The notes: generated by a model not told the origin, from the letters alone. 64,000 nucleotides of DNA from Eledone cirrhosa (GCA_964016885.1 OZ024743.1:358112001-358176000), one strand, 5' to 3'; positions 1 to 13,300 are shown, numbered from the stretch's first letter. Made by a program: numbers and translations.

Positions 1-1968
1 CTCCACACAAACAACTTGTTACCGGACGAACAGAAAGGATGCCGAAAGAAGTCACGTGGTACAAAGGACCAGTTACTTATTGATAAGATGGTAATGAGGA
101 ATTGCAAGAGGAGACACACAGGTCTTGCCATGGGATGGATAGACTACAAAAAGGCATTTGACATGGTGCCTCATTCTTGGATCACCAAAAGCCTAGAGAT
201 CTTCAAGGTGGCAGATAACATCAGACAGTTGATGGGCAAAAGTATGAAGTCCTGGAAAACAGAGTTAACATCAGCTGGAGAATCCTTGGGAGGCGTGAAC
301 ATCAAGAGAGGTATCTTCCAGGGAGATAGTCTGTCTCCTCTGTTGTTTGTCCTTGCCCTGATGCCCCTAACCATTATACTGCGAAAAGTGAGAGCAGAAT
401 ACAAGTTGGGAAAGGGAGAGCTTACCATCAATCACCTCCTCTTCATGGACGATCTTAAGCTCTTCGGGAAGAGTGAGAAGGAGTTGGATGTGCTTGTTGA
501 CACTGTCCGTATTTTCAGCAATGATATATGTATGCAATTTGGTATTAGTAAGTGTGGAGTCCTTGTGATGAAGAGGGGTAAATTGAGCAGAAGCAACGGA
601 ATCCAGGTACCAACAGGTGAGATGATAAAGGAAATTGACACCGAAGAGGGATACAAATATTTAGGTGTTCTGGAGGCTGATGACATCAAGAACAAAAAAA
701 TGAAGGAATTGATAAGATCTGAATACATTCGGAGAGTAAGGAGCGTATTGAAGTCACATCTGAACAGTAGGAATGCCATAAGTGCAGTAAATTCCCGAGC
801 TGTGTCTATTATTAGGTACAGTGCGGGAATTCTGAGATGGAATGTTGCTGAACAAAAAGAAATGGATAGGAAGACTAGGAAGCTATTGACTATCTACAAC
901 ATGTTCCACAAGAGGAGTGATGTCGATAGACTCTACTTAAGGAGATCTGAAGGTGGAAGAGGTCTTATCAGCATAGAGGACTGTGTTCAGATGGAGAAAA
1001 ACAACCTACACAAATACGTGACTGATAGTAAGGAGCCAATGCTCAGAATTGTACTGAAGGAGAGGACAATAGACCAGGGGATGTCCAAGGAGGAAATAAC
1101 AAGGAGAAAGAGCAGCCTTCATGAAAAATCCCTTCATAGTACCTTCTTTGAGAAAACTGAATTCAGAGATCCACAGACATGCAACTGGTTAAAAAGAGGA
1201 GACCTTAAAAAGACTACAGAAGGAATGCTAATGGCTGCGCAAGAGCAGGCCCTCAGAACGAAGTGGGTGAAACACCATATTTTCAAGGAGGAGGCTAGCC
1301 CACTGTGTAGGATCTGTGGAGAGAAAGAGGAGACTGTGGCTCACATTGTATCCGAGTGTAAACACCTAGCCCAGACTCACTATAAAGGCTGGAGACATGA
1401 TGTGATGGGCAGGGTGATCCACTGGCACCTATGCAAAGTAAACAATTTACCACATTCTGAGAAGTGGTATGAGCATAAGCCAGAGTCGGTGATAGAAAAC
1501 GATCAGGTGAAGGTGCTATGGGATTTTAGGATACAGACGGACAAGAAACTGGAACACAATAAATTATTGTGTTCCAGTTTCTTGTCCTGGTGGTTTTAGA
1601 CAAGGAAAAAAGATCGTACCTGATTGTAGATGTAGACTACCCATTTGACACGAGAGTGCAAGAAAAGGAGAGGGAGAAAATTAACCGATACCAGGACTTA
1701 AAGTGGGAGGTAAAAAGGATTTGGAACTGCCATGAAGTCAGAGTCGTCCCGATTGTCATAGGCGCACTAGGTACTATCTCAAACAGTTTCCAGGGATGGT
1801 TAAAGAAAATTAGTCCAGCCCCGCTTTTTGGAACACTTCAAAAGGCATGCTTTCTGGGAACAGCAAGAACCCTCCGATACGTCCTGAATATCTGAGGCTG
1901 CAGGTAACGGCTTGATATTCATATCAACAAACTTTCCAGTTAAATAACATCAATGACTGAGACTCAAA

Positions 1969-1969
<1 letters not shown>
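1..1969 (+). mobile_element. R4/Dong-type non-LTR retrotransposon (RT + CCHC + restriction-like endonuclease), copy 1, cut by the window start
   Basis: RT motifs [25 protein letters not shown]; zinc knuckle [18 protein letters not shown]; RHD motif; RLE C-terminus in ORF 1569-1895 after a frameshift near 1562; short 3' UTR followed by (AAT)n. Confidence 0.9.

Positions 1970-2041
<72 letters not shown>
1970..2041. repeat. (AAT)n microsatellite between the 3' ends of the R4/Dong and Tx1 elements
   Basis: Perfect aat repeats between the two element ends. Confidence 0.95.
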
Positions 2042-2043
<2 letters not shown>

Positions 2044-2302
2044 TTTCTTTATTAACCACAAGGGTTTACATAAAGTAGACATTAAGGACAGTGCAGGACA
2101 ATGCAGGACGGTACAAATGGGCATTTCTGCGTGTAAAAAACAAAAACAGAGGATGTAACAAAAATAACAATGAAAATAACAATGAAAAATTCCCCAATAG
2201 GGGGGAGACTTCGGAGGGACATTTGTGGAGAAAGCCCAGTAAAAAGCCACAATGACCCTGACCACCAAGGTAAGTGCCCTCTCCCAATTTTCCACCTTTA
2301 AT

Positions 2303-5300
2303 TTACAGATATATACTCAGAGTAGGCCCATTCACTCGGGCCATTCTTGCTTCTCTCACCCATCTTTCAACAAAATGCTGGGAAGAGAGCACTTCCCTCT
2401 CTACTCTGATTTTCCTTTTCAAATGAAATTTGAAAAAGTCAATCAGAGCATCACCGAAGAGGTAAGTGCTCGTCTTCAGCCCTTTCAAACGTGTCCACCA
2501 TACTATCTCTTTCGCCATGGCCACCAGACAGATAAAAACTGCCTGCCCTTCCCGGCTAAAGGAGGAGGGCGGGGCAATCCTCACGATGGACTCAGATGAT
2601 AGCCGGATCCGTCCTAAACGCGACAGCAGGTGTTCGACATAAACCCACAAGTCAGCAATTTTCGGACACTGGACGAGTGCGTGCAGGACGGTTTGGTCGC
2701 CCTGCGCGCATCTCGGACATGCCCGCCGACGGCACCTCCATGCCTGTAGAGTTTATCCCGAACTGGCAAGGCTCCTCGGTAGCACTGTCAGGCCAGAGAT
2801 TTCTGGAAGTTGTCCATAGGCCCCGGCCCGAAAGTTCTTCCGAAGAGATTGGCTAGTTGATTTTCGTCGACGCCTAGAGTTTCCCCAAGTACGTCGTCGC
2901 TCTTACCCTCCACTAATCCTCTATAGAACGCCGAGGTGGAGTTTCCACCGATCACATTGCCCGATTGGTCGAGGGCTGTGAGCGCCTGAAGACATTCCAG
3001 TCTCCAGGTGCTCCCTCTCGGTCTTCGCTTAACCCAGGACTGCAGCTCCGTCAAGGAAACGAGCTGGGGAAATACGCGCCTAGCAAACGGCGACCACACC
3101 TGATCACCGTCGAGGAAGAGGTGGAGATGTCGTAGCCTGAGCGCGTGCCTGCGCATCATCAGCCACGGCATGCCCAGCCCTCCACGTAGCGGGTGTTGAC
3201 AACAGATGGACCGCCTGACCATCGGAGCACGTCCCTTCCACAAAAAGCGAAAGAGCAAACGCTCCAGCGCAGTCAGGCGAGGCTTAGGACAAGGTACGAC
3301 GGTCAGGCGGTAGCAGATGACAGACGCGATGTACGCGTTAGCCACCTCCGCTCGACCTTTCAGGGATAGCTTCCTCTCCGCCCATTTCTGGGTGAGAGAA
3401 GCCACCCTGCTCGTCACCTCGTCCCAGTTTTTGTCCGTCTGGAGGTCCGGACCGAACCAGAACCCCTAGCAATTTAACCGGTCCGTCCGTCCAGCGCCCG
3501 ACGACGCTGTTGGACGGCATGGACCTGCCTCTCCAGGTGCCGAGCTGCAGGCCCACTGACTTTTCCTGGTTGATCATTGCTCCTGTCACCGCTTCGTATT
3601 CTCTTAGTGTAGTGCCGATCGCCTCGATGTGTTTGACGTTCGACACCACTACGGTGACATCGTCCGCATATGCTGACACGGATCTTCCGCATCCTAGTTC
3701 GCGCGGGACTCCCCTCAACGTCTCCAGTTTGTGCAGTAATGGCTCGAGAGTCAATACGTACAAGAGGGACGAGAGGGGACATCCTTGGCGGACCGAGCGC
3801 ATGATGTTGAACGGTTCCGACAGGTGACCGTTCACTCTCACCACAGAGCAGATGTCGCTGTGCATGGCAGCGATCCAGCCTCTGAAGACGGGCCCAAAGC
3901 CAGCCGCCCTCAGGACTGCCGCTAGGTAACGATGGTCGACCCTATCGAAAGCTTTCGACTGATCTAAATTGATCAAGGACCCACCCGTGCCAGGTTCCTT
4001 AGCTACCCTCTCTATGATGTATCGCATGAGGTGGAGGTTGTCGTGGATGGATCTCTCGGGAATGGCGCATGTCTGCGCCTCTCCCACCAGACCACCAACG
4101 ACAAGCGCCAACCTCTTTGCTAGCACCTTGGCCAAAATCTTGAACTCTGTGTTTAGCAGTTATGGGCCGGAAATTATCTATGTTATCCCCCTTGTTCGGA
4201 TCCTTTCTCAGCAGTGCCACCGCTCCTCGGCTCACAGAACTGGGAATTCTCCCGTTCTGTTGCCAGTTGCAGTAGACGTCCGCCAAGAGGCCTCCGAACA
4301 AGTCTGGCATCTGTACGTAAAGTTCATAGGGCAGACCATCCAAACCAGGCGATTTACCCCTTGTGCAGCCAGTCATTGCCTCCCTTACTTCAGCGGCTGT
4401 TATCGGCTTTTCGCAACACTTCGCCTCAGTGGCCGAGAGCCGCGGCAGTCCGTCGAGGTAGACACTAAAGTCCATCCCTCTACCCGGCCCACCGCTGCCC
4501 CCGAACAGCTGAGCGAAGTGTCGCTGAAAAGCTTCACACATTTGCCCGGGATCGAGTAGCATGCGCCCGTCGTGGTCCACCAAAGACCGGATCGTGGCTT
4601 TGTTGCCACGACGCGCCTCCGCCACTCGGGCCCATTGAACGGCTTTCGTCCCCTCGTTTCTGAGAGCACGCACCCTTGCTCTGACAACGCAGCCTTCGTG
4701 CTTTGCATTGAAGAATTTGTCAAGGGCCAATTTCGCCGCAAGCACGTCGGTCGCAATGCCTTTGCTAAGCGCCTCGTCTAATTTTCTAACTAGTTCTCCC
4801 TCTGCTCTTTTTTTCTCTATTGCTAAAGCCTTACTAAACCTAATCGATTCTATTCTAATCGCTCTTTTCAGAGCAAACCACCACTTGTTGTTGACGATGG
4901 CCCCCGTCAACGCCCGCTTAACTAGTTCGCTAATCCGGTCTCTGTAGGCCTTGCGCGCTGGTAAGGACGCGTTTAGCTTCCAGTAGCCGGGTCCTCGTCT
5001 ATGAAGCCTATCTAAGTCAAGCACACAGATCACGAATTTGTGGTCCGTGTAGCTGACTATCTTGAATTGTGGACAGCCTATGCTAGACCTATCTATTTCC
5101 CTACAAAATACTCTATCTAGATATGATCTGGATGACCCTATGCGGTTTGTCCAAGTTCACATTGGCACATTCGGGAAATCCAATCGGTAACTGTCAGACA
5201 GTTCAAAACGCCTGAGCAGGTTGGTGAGGCTCTTGCACCCTCCACCCCTATCCACTAATCCCACACAGTCCCAGCGTGCATCTAAGATCCCGTTCCAGTC

Positions 5301-5720
5301 GCCCACTAACACTAAAGAGCGGGACGTTCCAAGAAAGGTCTCCAGACGCCGGAAGAAATCAGGCCGCCCTGCTCCTGTCGGGGCATAGACGGCCACTAGC
5401 CTGAAAGCTTGCCCGTCTCCGCTGGTCACGTCCAGCACCACCAGCTTACCCTCTGGGTCCAGGAAGATGGCCCGTATGGCGAGATCCAAACCTCTCCGAA
5501 AAAGCACAGCAACTCCTCCACCCGATCCAGGACGGCTGGGAGATGCGTACACATCGTAGCCGCCGAAGATCGGTGCGAAGGCCCGTGCTTCGGAGATTCT
5601 GGTCTCGCTGATGGCCACTACATCTATGTTTAGTGACCTGAGGTCGTTGAGCAGGTGACCCTGCTTCCATGACGACCCCAAGCCACGCGCATTTATGCTG
5701 CCTATTCTGAGTGAGGTCAT
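2303..5720 (-). pseudogene. Tx1-clade ORF2 (AP endonuclease + RT + Cys-rich C-terminus), disrupted
   Basis: APE motifs SINARGL, ISET, VYAP, GDWN, DH; GPGYWKLN; KSPGLDG; DQSKAFDRV; VRQGCPLS; AYADD; broken into ORFs 5157-5720, 3999-5033, 3338-4135, 2788-3417, 2303-2650 by stops and frameshifts. Confidence 0.9.
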
Positions 5721-5755
5721 GTTTAAAATAGAGTGGAAAAGATGGGAAAGACCAC

Positions 5756-7855
5756 TTACCGTACTTTTGGTAGAGGAGGGATGGTTTTTACATCCCTTTT
5801 CACTTGATCGTCTGGTGAAGGGACCGTTGAATCGTCCCTTCGGCTGGTCGTCGGCTCTTCTAAGAGAATGTCTGAATATACTCTTCGATTGATGGTACCT
5901 CCTAGGTCCCTGAAATCACCAACTGCGTTGGGGAATTTCGTTTTAATGTTTGTGTATTGTTTCTGTGCTATTTTTAGCAGTCTTATGTTAGTTGGCGTTT
6001 TGATTGGTGCTGGTATTATGTAGTCCTGTTGTGAAATCTCTGTGTGTTCAATTATGTAAGTCATTAGTTTCTTGTTGTGTGTATTTATTGCCGTGCATTT
6101 GTTTTTCTGGGGGTGAGGTGTGGTTCTGCTATTTTCTTGTCGTTGTTGCTGGGTGTGTGTGTTTTGTTGTGTTTGCGATGTTGGTGCTTGTGGTGGTGGT
6201 GTTGAAGGTTCTGTTGGCGGTGGGGTTGTCGCCGGTGGTGATGGTGGTGCTAGTGTGGGTGGTGATGGTGTTGGTGGTGTTGTTGCTGTGGGTCTCTTTG
6301 CAGTAGACTTTACCCTTTTCTCATTTCTTTCCTCCCTTTTCAAAGGCGACGATGCGCTGCTTCTGCGTTTGTGCCTTCTTACGACCTTTTGCCATCCCTC
6401 TCCCACCTCACACTCCATGTCTGATTCTGTGAGGTCGGGGAGGGGTACCAGCTCCACTCTTTCACTTGTTGTTGTTGGTGATGTTTGCACTGGAGTCTCT
6501 GTTGCAGCTGCATTTGGTATTGCTGTTGTTGTTGTTAATATTTCCACTGCTGCTGCTGTTTTTGATTTCCGTGGAGTGGGTATGGGTGCCACGGACCTAT
6601 CGTTCCTGGTTGCCGCTTGTCCTGTTGCTGGTAGCTGTGGAGCCGGATTCGGAAGGAGGGGGGTTTTCTCCTTTCTCAGGGTCTTCTCGTTGCAGAAGGC
6701 CCTGAGGTGAGTCTTCGATCCACAGCGAAAGCATTTCGGGCGTTTGCCCTCAACACTTATGGGCAGTTGAGTGCCGTTATCGAAGTCTATCACATCCGGG
6801 ATAGCTTCGATGCACTCCTGGTTGGTTTGGATTAGCATCTCAATGGAGGTGCCGACCCAATCTGCTCTTACTTTTTTCTGTACTTGCAGTACAGTTGTTT
6901 TGTCCTCGATTCCGACGAGGACAGACGCGGCCAGCCAAGAAGGGGCCATTCCGGGGGGGACGTGGGTCAGTTTGACCCTCACAATATTTTGCCCGCAGTA
7001 GGAGGGCACCAACACCATTTCCTCGCTCCTTAGGGTCACTACTGATTGGGCCTTTGCCTCCTGGGGTGTGGCAAAAAGTACGTCTACGGTGGCATATTTT
7101 TTGCCTCGGGTGATGTGCGTTTTCCGCTGCCACACAGACCCCAAGGCTTTTTGTATCTGAGCCTCTGTGGCTCTTTCCACCCTACGAGATTTTGTACTTA
7201 CTGTACGGTACGTGACCGTACAGTGCTGTTGGGTTTCGAAAAATTTTTCCGCTGCCTTGCAGATTGCTCGGTGTCCGTTCTTTGTCACCATCTTCTTCGC
7301 TTCCTCTAATTCCTCATTTGTTATGAGGATTGTTTCCAAGTTTTTCGCAATGCCTGCAAATGAGATTGGTTTTTCTTTGCTGCTATTGTTGTTGTTGTCG
7401 TCAGAGCTGCTGGTACTTTTGTTGTTGCTGCAGGTACTACGACTACTGCCTCCGCCGCTGTTGCTGTGGTTGTTGTTGGTGTTGCTGCTGCTAATGCTGT
7501 TGTTGTTTATGCTGCTGGTGATGCTGTTGCGGCTGCTACTGTTGTTTTCATTGTCACTGTTGCTGTTGTTATTACGGCTGCTACTGCTATTATTCCTGAC
7601 GTCAGACGAATGAACTGGGTTTTCGTATTTCCCGCACACCTGTTTCGTCGCTGTCGTCGTCGTCGTGGAGAAACCTTGCACGCTTTGCACGAGACTTTTC
7701 TTTTCTTTCGTCACTTGCGAAAGAGAAGGGAGGGAGAGAGACACATTTAAAGAAGGGAGGGAGAGAGACAATCTTCTCTCTGCTGTAGTGATGATTGGGG
7801 AAGAAGAAGACGGAATGAGTGGGAGTGACGTATGAAATTTCTTTTTCGTAGCCAT
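5756..7855 (-). CDS. Tx1-clade ORF1 protein, 699 aa, intact
   Basis: Zinc knuckle CFRCGSKTHLRAFC, N/S- and P/T-rich linkers; lies just upstream of ORF2. Confidence 0.85.
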   Translation of the reverse strand: MATKKKFHTSLPLIPSSSSPIITTAERRLSLSLPSLNVSLSLPSLSQVTKEKKSLVQSVQGFSTTTTTATKQVCGKYENPVHSSDVRNNSSSSRNNNSNSDNENNSSSRNSITSSINNNSISSSNTNNNHSNSGGGSSRSTCSNNKSTSSSDDNNNNSSKEKPISFAGIAKNLETILITNEELEEAKKMVTKNGHRAICKAAEKFFETQQHCTVTYRTVSTKSRRVERATEAQIQKALGSVWQRKTHITRGKKYATVDVLFATPQEAKAQSVVTLRSEEMVLVPSYCGQNIVRVKLTHVPPGMAPSWLAASVLVGIEDKTTVLQVQKKVRADWVGTSIEMLIQTNQECIEAIPDVIDFDNGTQLPISVEGKRPKCFRCGSKTHLRAFCNEKTLRKEKTPLLPNPAPQLPATGQAATRNDRSVAPIPTPRKSKTAAAVEILTTTTAIPNAAATETPVQTSPTTTSERVELVPLPDLTESDMECEVGEGWQKVVRRHKRRSSASSPLKREERNEKRVKSTAKRPTATTPPTPSPPTLAPPSPPATTPPPTEPSTPPPQAPTSQTQQNTHTQQQRQENSRTTPHPQKNKCTAINTHNKKLMTYIIEHTEISQQDYIIPAPIKTPTNIRLLKIAQKQYTNIKTKFPNAVGDFRDLGGTINRRVYSDILLEEPTTSRRDDSTVPSPDDQVKRDVKTIPPLPKVR

Positions 7856-8089
7856 GTTGTTTTTTTGTTTAAAATGAATATTGGGTACAAAACCCCAATA
7901 ACTGGTTATTTAACCCCGAAGGGCCAAATAACGGACAGAAAGACCCCTCTCACGAGGAGGAGGGTGTCTTTATCAACAATTTGGTTCAAGTTTTAAACAA
8001 TTTACAATTGTTTTAACGGTTAAAAATTACTATACCTTACAGAGCCGAGCCTCCGTCAACCATGGCATTCAATAATAATAATAATAATA

Positions 8090-10156
8090 ATGAAAGACCG
8101 AATCAAGGGTAATGATGTTACCAACTATAGACCTATCACATGTCTGTCCGTAATGTGGAAACTGTTGACGAGCATTGTGTCTGAGGAAATCTACCATCAC
8201 CTCCACACAAACAACTTGTTACCGGACGAACAGAAAGGATGCCGAAAGAAGTCACGTGGTACAAAGGACCAGTTGCTTATTGATAAGATGGTAATGGGGA
8301 ATTGCAGGAGGAGACACACTGATCTTGCCATGGGATGGATAGACTACAGAAAGGCATTTGACATGGTGCCTCATTCTTGGATCACAAACAGCCTGGATCT
8401 CTTCAGGGTGGCAGATAACATCAGACAGTTGCTGGGCAGGAGTATGGGGTCCTGGGAGACAGAGTTGACATCAACTGGAGTATCCTTGGGAAGCGTGAAG
8501 ATCAAGAGAGGTATCTTCCAGGGAGATAGCCTGTCCCCTCTGTTGTTTGTCCTTGCCCTGATGCCCTTGACCATTATGCTGCGAAAAGTGAGAGCAGGAT
8601 ACAAGTTGGGAAAGGGAGAGCTTACCATCAATCACCTCCTCTTCATGGACGATCTTAAGCTCTTCGAGAAAAGTGAGAAGGAGTTGGATGTGCTTGTTGA
8701 CACTGTCCGTATTTTCAGCAGTGATATATGTATGCAGTTTGGTATTAGTAAATGTGGAGTCATTGTGATGAGGAGGGGTAGGTTGAGCAGAAGTAACGGG
8801 ATCCAGATACCAACACGTGAGACGATAAAGGAAATTGACTCTGAGGAATGATACAAGTATTTGGGCGTTCTGGAGGCTGATGGCATAAAGAACAAAAAAA
8901 TGAAGGAATTGTTAAGAACTGAATACATTCTGAGAGTAAGGAGCGTATTGAAGTCACATCTGAACAGCAGAAATGCCATAAGCGCAGTAAATTCCCGAGC
9001 TGTGTCTATTATTAGGTACAGTGCGGGAATTCTGAGATGGAATGTTGCTGAACAAAAAGAAATGGATAGGAAGACTAGGAAGCTATTGACTATCTACAAC
9101 ATGTTCCACAAGAGGAGTGATGTCGATAGACTCTACCTAAGGAGATCTGAGGGTGGAAGAGGTCTTATCAGCATAGAGGACTGTGTTCAGATGGAGAAAA
9201 ACAACCTATACAAATACGTGACCTATAGTAAGGAGCCAATGCTCAGAACTGTACTGAAGGAGGGGACAATAGACCAGGGGATGTCCAAGGAGGAAATAAC
9301 ATCAAGGAGGAAGAGCAGCCTTAAGGGAAAATCCCTTCATAGTACCTTCTTTGAGAAAACTGAATTTAGAGATCCACAGACATGGAACTGGTTGAGAAGA
9401 GGAGACCGCAAAAAGGCTACAGAAGGAATGCTAATGGCTGCGCAGGAGCAGGCCCTCAAAACGAAGTGGTTGAAGCACCATATTTACAAGGAGGAGGCTA
9501 GCCCACTGTGCAGGATCTGTGGAGAGAGAGAGGAGACTGTGGCTCACATTGTGTCCGAGTGTAAACACCTAGCCCAGACCCACTATAAGGGCTGGAGACA
9601 CGATGTGATGGGCAGGGTGATCCACTGGCACCTGTGCAAAGTAAACAATTTACCACATTCTGAGAAATGGTATGAGCATAGGCCAGAGGCGGTGATGGAG
9701 AACAATCAGGTGAAGGTGCTGTGGGATTTTAGGATACAGACGGACAAAAAACTGGAACACAATAGACCTGACCTGGTGGTTGTGGACAAAGAAAAAAGAT
9801 CATGTCTGATTGTGGATGTGGCCTGCCCTTTCGACACGAGAGTGCAAGAGAAGGAGAGGGAGAAAATTAACCGATACCAGGACCTAAAGTGGGAGGTGAA
9901 AAGGATTTGGAGCTGCCATGAAGTCAAAGTGATCCCGATTGTCATAGGCGCACTGGGGACTATCTCCAAAAGTTTCCAGGGATGGTTAAAGAAAATCGGC
10001 CCCTTCACGCTTTTTGGAACGCTTCAAAAGGCATGCTTGCTTGGAACAGCAAGAACCCTCCGATACGTCCTGAATATCTGAGGCTGCAGGTAGTGGCTTG
10101 ATATTCAATCCAACGGACTTTCCAGTTCACCAACATCAATGACTGAGATTCAAGGA
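8090..10156 (+). mobile_element. R4/Dong-type RLE retrotransposon, copy 2, 5'-truncated, one premature stop at 8849-8851
   Basis: [10 protein letters not shown] motifs, CCHC, RHD, RPDLVV and IVDVACP motifs; closely similar to copy 1; (AAT)n on both sides. Confidence 0.92.
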
Positions 10157-10187
10157 ATAACAACAATAATAATAATAATAATAATAA

Positions 10188-10298
10188 TTGTTTCTACTTT
10201 AGGCACAAGGCCAGCAATTACCCAGTGCATTACTGGTACTTTATTTCATCGACCCCGTAAGGATCAAAGGCAAAGTCAACCTCGGTGGGATTTGAACT
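10188..10298 (-). mobile_element. tRNA-derived SINE (Meta-like core), 5'-truncated
   Basis: Matches the SINE at 17351-17540. Confidence 0.85.
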
Positions 10299-10320
10299 AA
10301 TACTAATAATAATAATATTA

Positions 10321-13300
10321 ATGGTTTCTTTATTGGCCACAAGGGCTAACGTGAAGAAAAACATTACAGACAGCACAGAACGGTACAGGACGATATAAAG
10401 TGGGTTTTGGCCGTGTAAAAAAGGTTATAACAAGAAGATAGAAATATAAAAAATATTCAAACAACAAAAATTCCGCAATAGGGAGGAAACTTTCAAGGGT
10501 CACTCGTGGTGAAAACCACACAAAAGACCACGGCCACCCTGACCACCAGGGCAAACGCCCTCTTTCAGTTTTCCACTCCTCAGCCTACAGACGCATACTC
10601 AGAGCGGGCCCGTTTACTCGGACCAGACTCGCCACTTTCATCCACCTTTCAACAAAATTACTAGAAAACAGCACTTGCCTCTCCACCCTGATTTTCCTCT
10701 TCAAGTGAAATTTGAAAAAGTTAATCAGGGATTCACCGAAGAGGAAAGTGTCCGTCTTCAATCCTTTCAACCTTGTCCACCATACAATCTCTTTCGCCAT
10801 GGCCACCAGGCAGAGGAAAACTGCCTGTCTTTCCTCCTCCTTAAAGGAGGACGGCGGGACTATCTGCACAATGGACTCAGTCTATAACCGGATCCATCCT
10901 ACACGTGACAGCAAATGCTCGACATAGCTCTACAAGTCAGCAATGCTCGGACACTGAACGAGTGCGTGCACGACGGTTTCGTCGCTCAGTGCACACCTCG
11001 GACAGGTTCGGCTGACGGCACTTCCGTGCCTGTAGAGCTTATCTCGAACCGGCAACGCTCCCCGGTAGCACTGACAAGCCAGGGATTTCTGGAAGTTGTC
11101 CATAGGCCCCGGGCTGAAAGTTCTCTTGAATAGAGCGAACAGCTGATCGTCTTCAACGCCCAGGGTCTCCCCGAGAACGTCGTCACTCTCCCCCTCCACT
11201 AGTCCTCTATAGAACGCCGAGGTGGATGTTCCACCGATACTAGTGCCCAGCTGGTAGAAGGCTGTTAGCGCTTGAAGACATTCCAGCTTCCAAGCGCTAT
11301 CCCTCGGTCTTTTCCTGATCCAGGACTGCAACTCCGTTAATGAGACGAGCTGGGGAAAACAGGTGTGGCAAACGGTGACCACACTTGTTCACCGTCAAGG
11401 AAGCACCAGAGATGTCGCAGCCTCAGCGCGTGTTTGTGCATCATCAGCCACGACATGCTCAGCCCTCCACGCAACGGGTGTTGACAGCAGATGGATCGTC
11501 TGACCATAAGATCACGTCCCTTCCATAAAAATCTTAAGAGGAGGCGCTCCATTTTTGTGAGATTTGGGCCGGGGCAAGGCACAACGGTTAGGCGGTAGCA
11601 GATGACGGATGCGAGGAACGCATTTTCCACCTCTGCCCGACCTTTCAGGCACAGCTTCCTCTCGGAAAATTTCTGGGTGAGAGAGGCCACCCTGTTCGTC
11701 ACTTCGCTCCAGTTTTTCTCCATCTGGAGGTCCGGACCGAAACAGACCCCGAGCAATTTAACGGGTCCTTCCGTCCAGCGCCCCACGACGCTGTCGGGCG
11801 GCCTGGACTTGCCTCTCCAGGTGCCCACCGACTTTTCCTGGTTTAATTTTGCTCCTGTCAATGCTTCATATTCCTTGAGAGCGGTGCCGAGCATCTGGAC
11901 ATGTCCGGTGCTTGACACCACCACGGTGACGACGTCGGCGTAAGCCGATACGGATCTCCCACATCCCAGTTCGCGTGGGACGTCTCACATCGCCTCTAAT
12001 TTGTGCAGTAACGGCTCTAGGGCCAACACGTACAAGAGTGATGAGAGGGGACAACCCTGACGGACTGAGCGCATGATGTTGAACGGCTGTGTCAGATGAG
12101 CGTTCACATTCACAACTGAGCAGATGTCGCTGTGCATCTCGCCAATCTCGTTGCTAACACCTTGGCCAGAATTTTGAAATCTGTGTTTAACAGAGTTATG
12201 GGTCTGAAGTTGCCTATAACGTCCCCGCTCTCCGGCTCACAAAACTGGAAGCGCTCCCGTTCTGCTGCCAGTTGCAGTAGACGTCTGCCAAGAGGTCGCC
12301 GAAAAAGTCTGCATGTACGCATAAAACTGGTAGGGCAGACCATCCAAACCTGGCGATTTACCCTTCGGGCAGTTAGACATTGCTTCCCGTATTTCACCTG
12401 CTGTTATTGGCTTTTCGCAATACCGCACTGCGGTCGTCGAGAGCTGGGGCAGTCAGTCCCTCGAGGTATGCACTGAAGTTCATACTCCGATCTGGCCCGC
12501 CGCCGCTCCCAAACAGTTGAGCAAAGTGCTACTGAAAAACCTCATACATATGCTCGGGTTCGAGCAACATGTGCCCGTTTTGGTCAGGCAATGATTGAAT
12601 TGTGGCTTTGTTGCCACGTCACGCCTCCACCACCCGGACCCATTGGACAGCTTTAGTCCTCTTTTGTCTCAGAGCACACACTCTAGCTCTGACAATGCAG
12701 CCTTTGTGCTTTGCATTGAAGAATTGGTCGAGTGCCAATCTTACCGCAAGCACGTCGGTGCGATGCCTGTCCTAAACGCCTCTTCTAGCTTTCTAACTAG
12801 CTCTCCTTCTGCTCTATTTTCCTCTATCTTTACTCATTTGCTAAACAATATTGATTCTACTCTAATTACCCTTTTCAGGGTAAACCACCACCTGTTGTTA
12901 ACGATCGCACCCGTCAACGCACGCTTAACTAATTCGCTTATCCGGTCTCTGTAAGCTTTGCACGCCAGGAAAGACGCGTTCAGCTTCCAGTAATCGGGTC
13001 CTTGCCTATGAAGTCTATCACAGTCGACTTCACAGATCACAAATTTGTGGTCTGTATAGTTCAATACTTTAAATTGTGCACAACGTACGCTAGCCTTATC
13101 TGTTTCACTACACAATACCCTATCTAGATACGATCTGGATGACCCGATGTGGTTTGCCCATGTCCACATTGGCACATTCGGATAATCCAGTCGATACCTG
13201 TCAGACAGTTGAAAACGTCTGAGCTGGTTGGTGAGGCTTTTACATCCTCCTGCCTTATTTACTAGCCCCACATAATCCCAGCGTGCTTCTAAGATACCGT

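Larger units (their letters stand above)
2042..8070 (-). mobile_element. Apparently full-length Tx1/L1-clade LINE (ORF1 + APE-RT ORF2)
   Basis: 5' UTR 8070-7856, ORF1, ORF2, 3' UTR with AATAAA near 2050; flanked on both sides by (TTA)n. Confidence 0.9.

Noticed and set aside
171-8979. Antisense ORFs overlapping the retrotransposon genes
   Set aside because: Shadow frames of the real RT/ORF1 coding strands with no recognisable motifs
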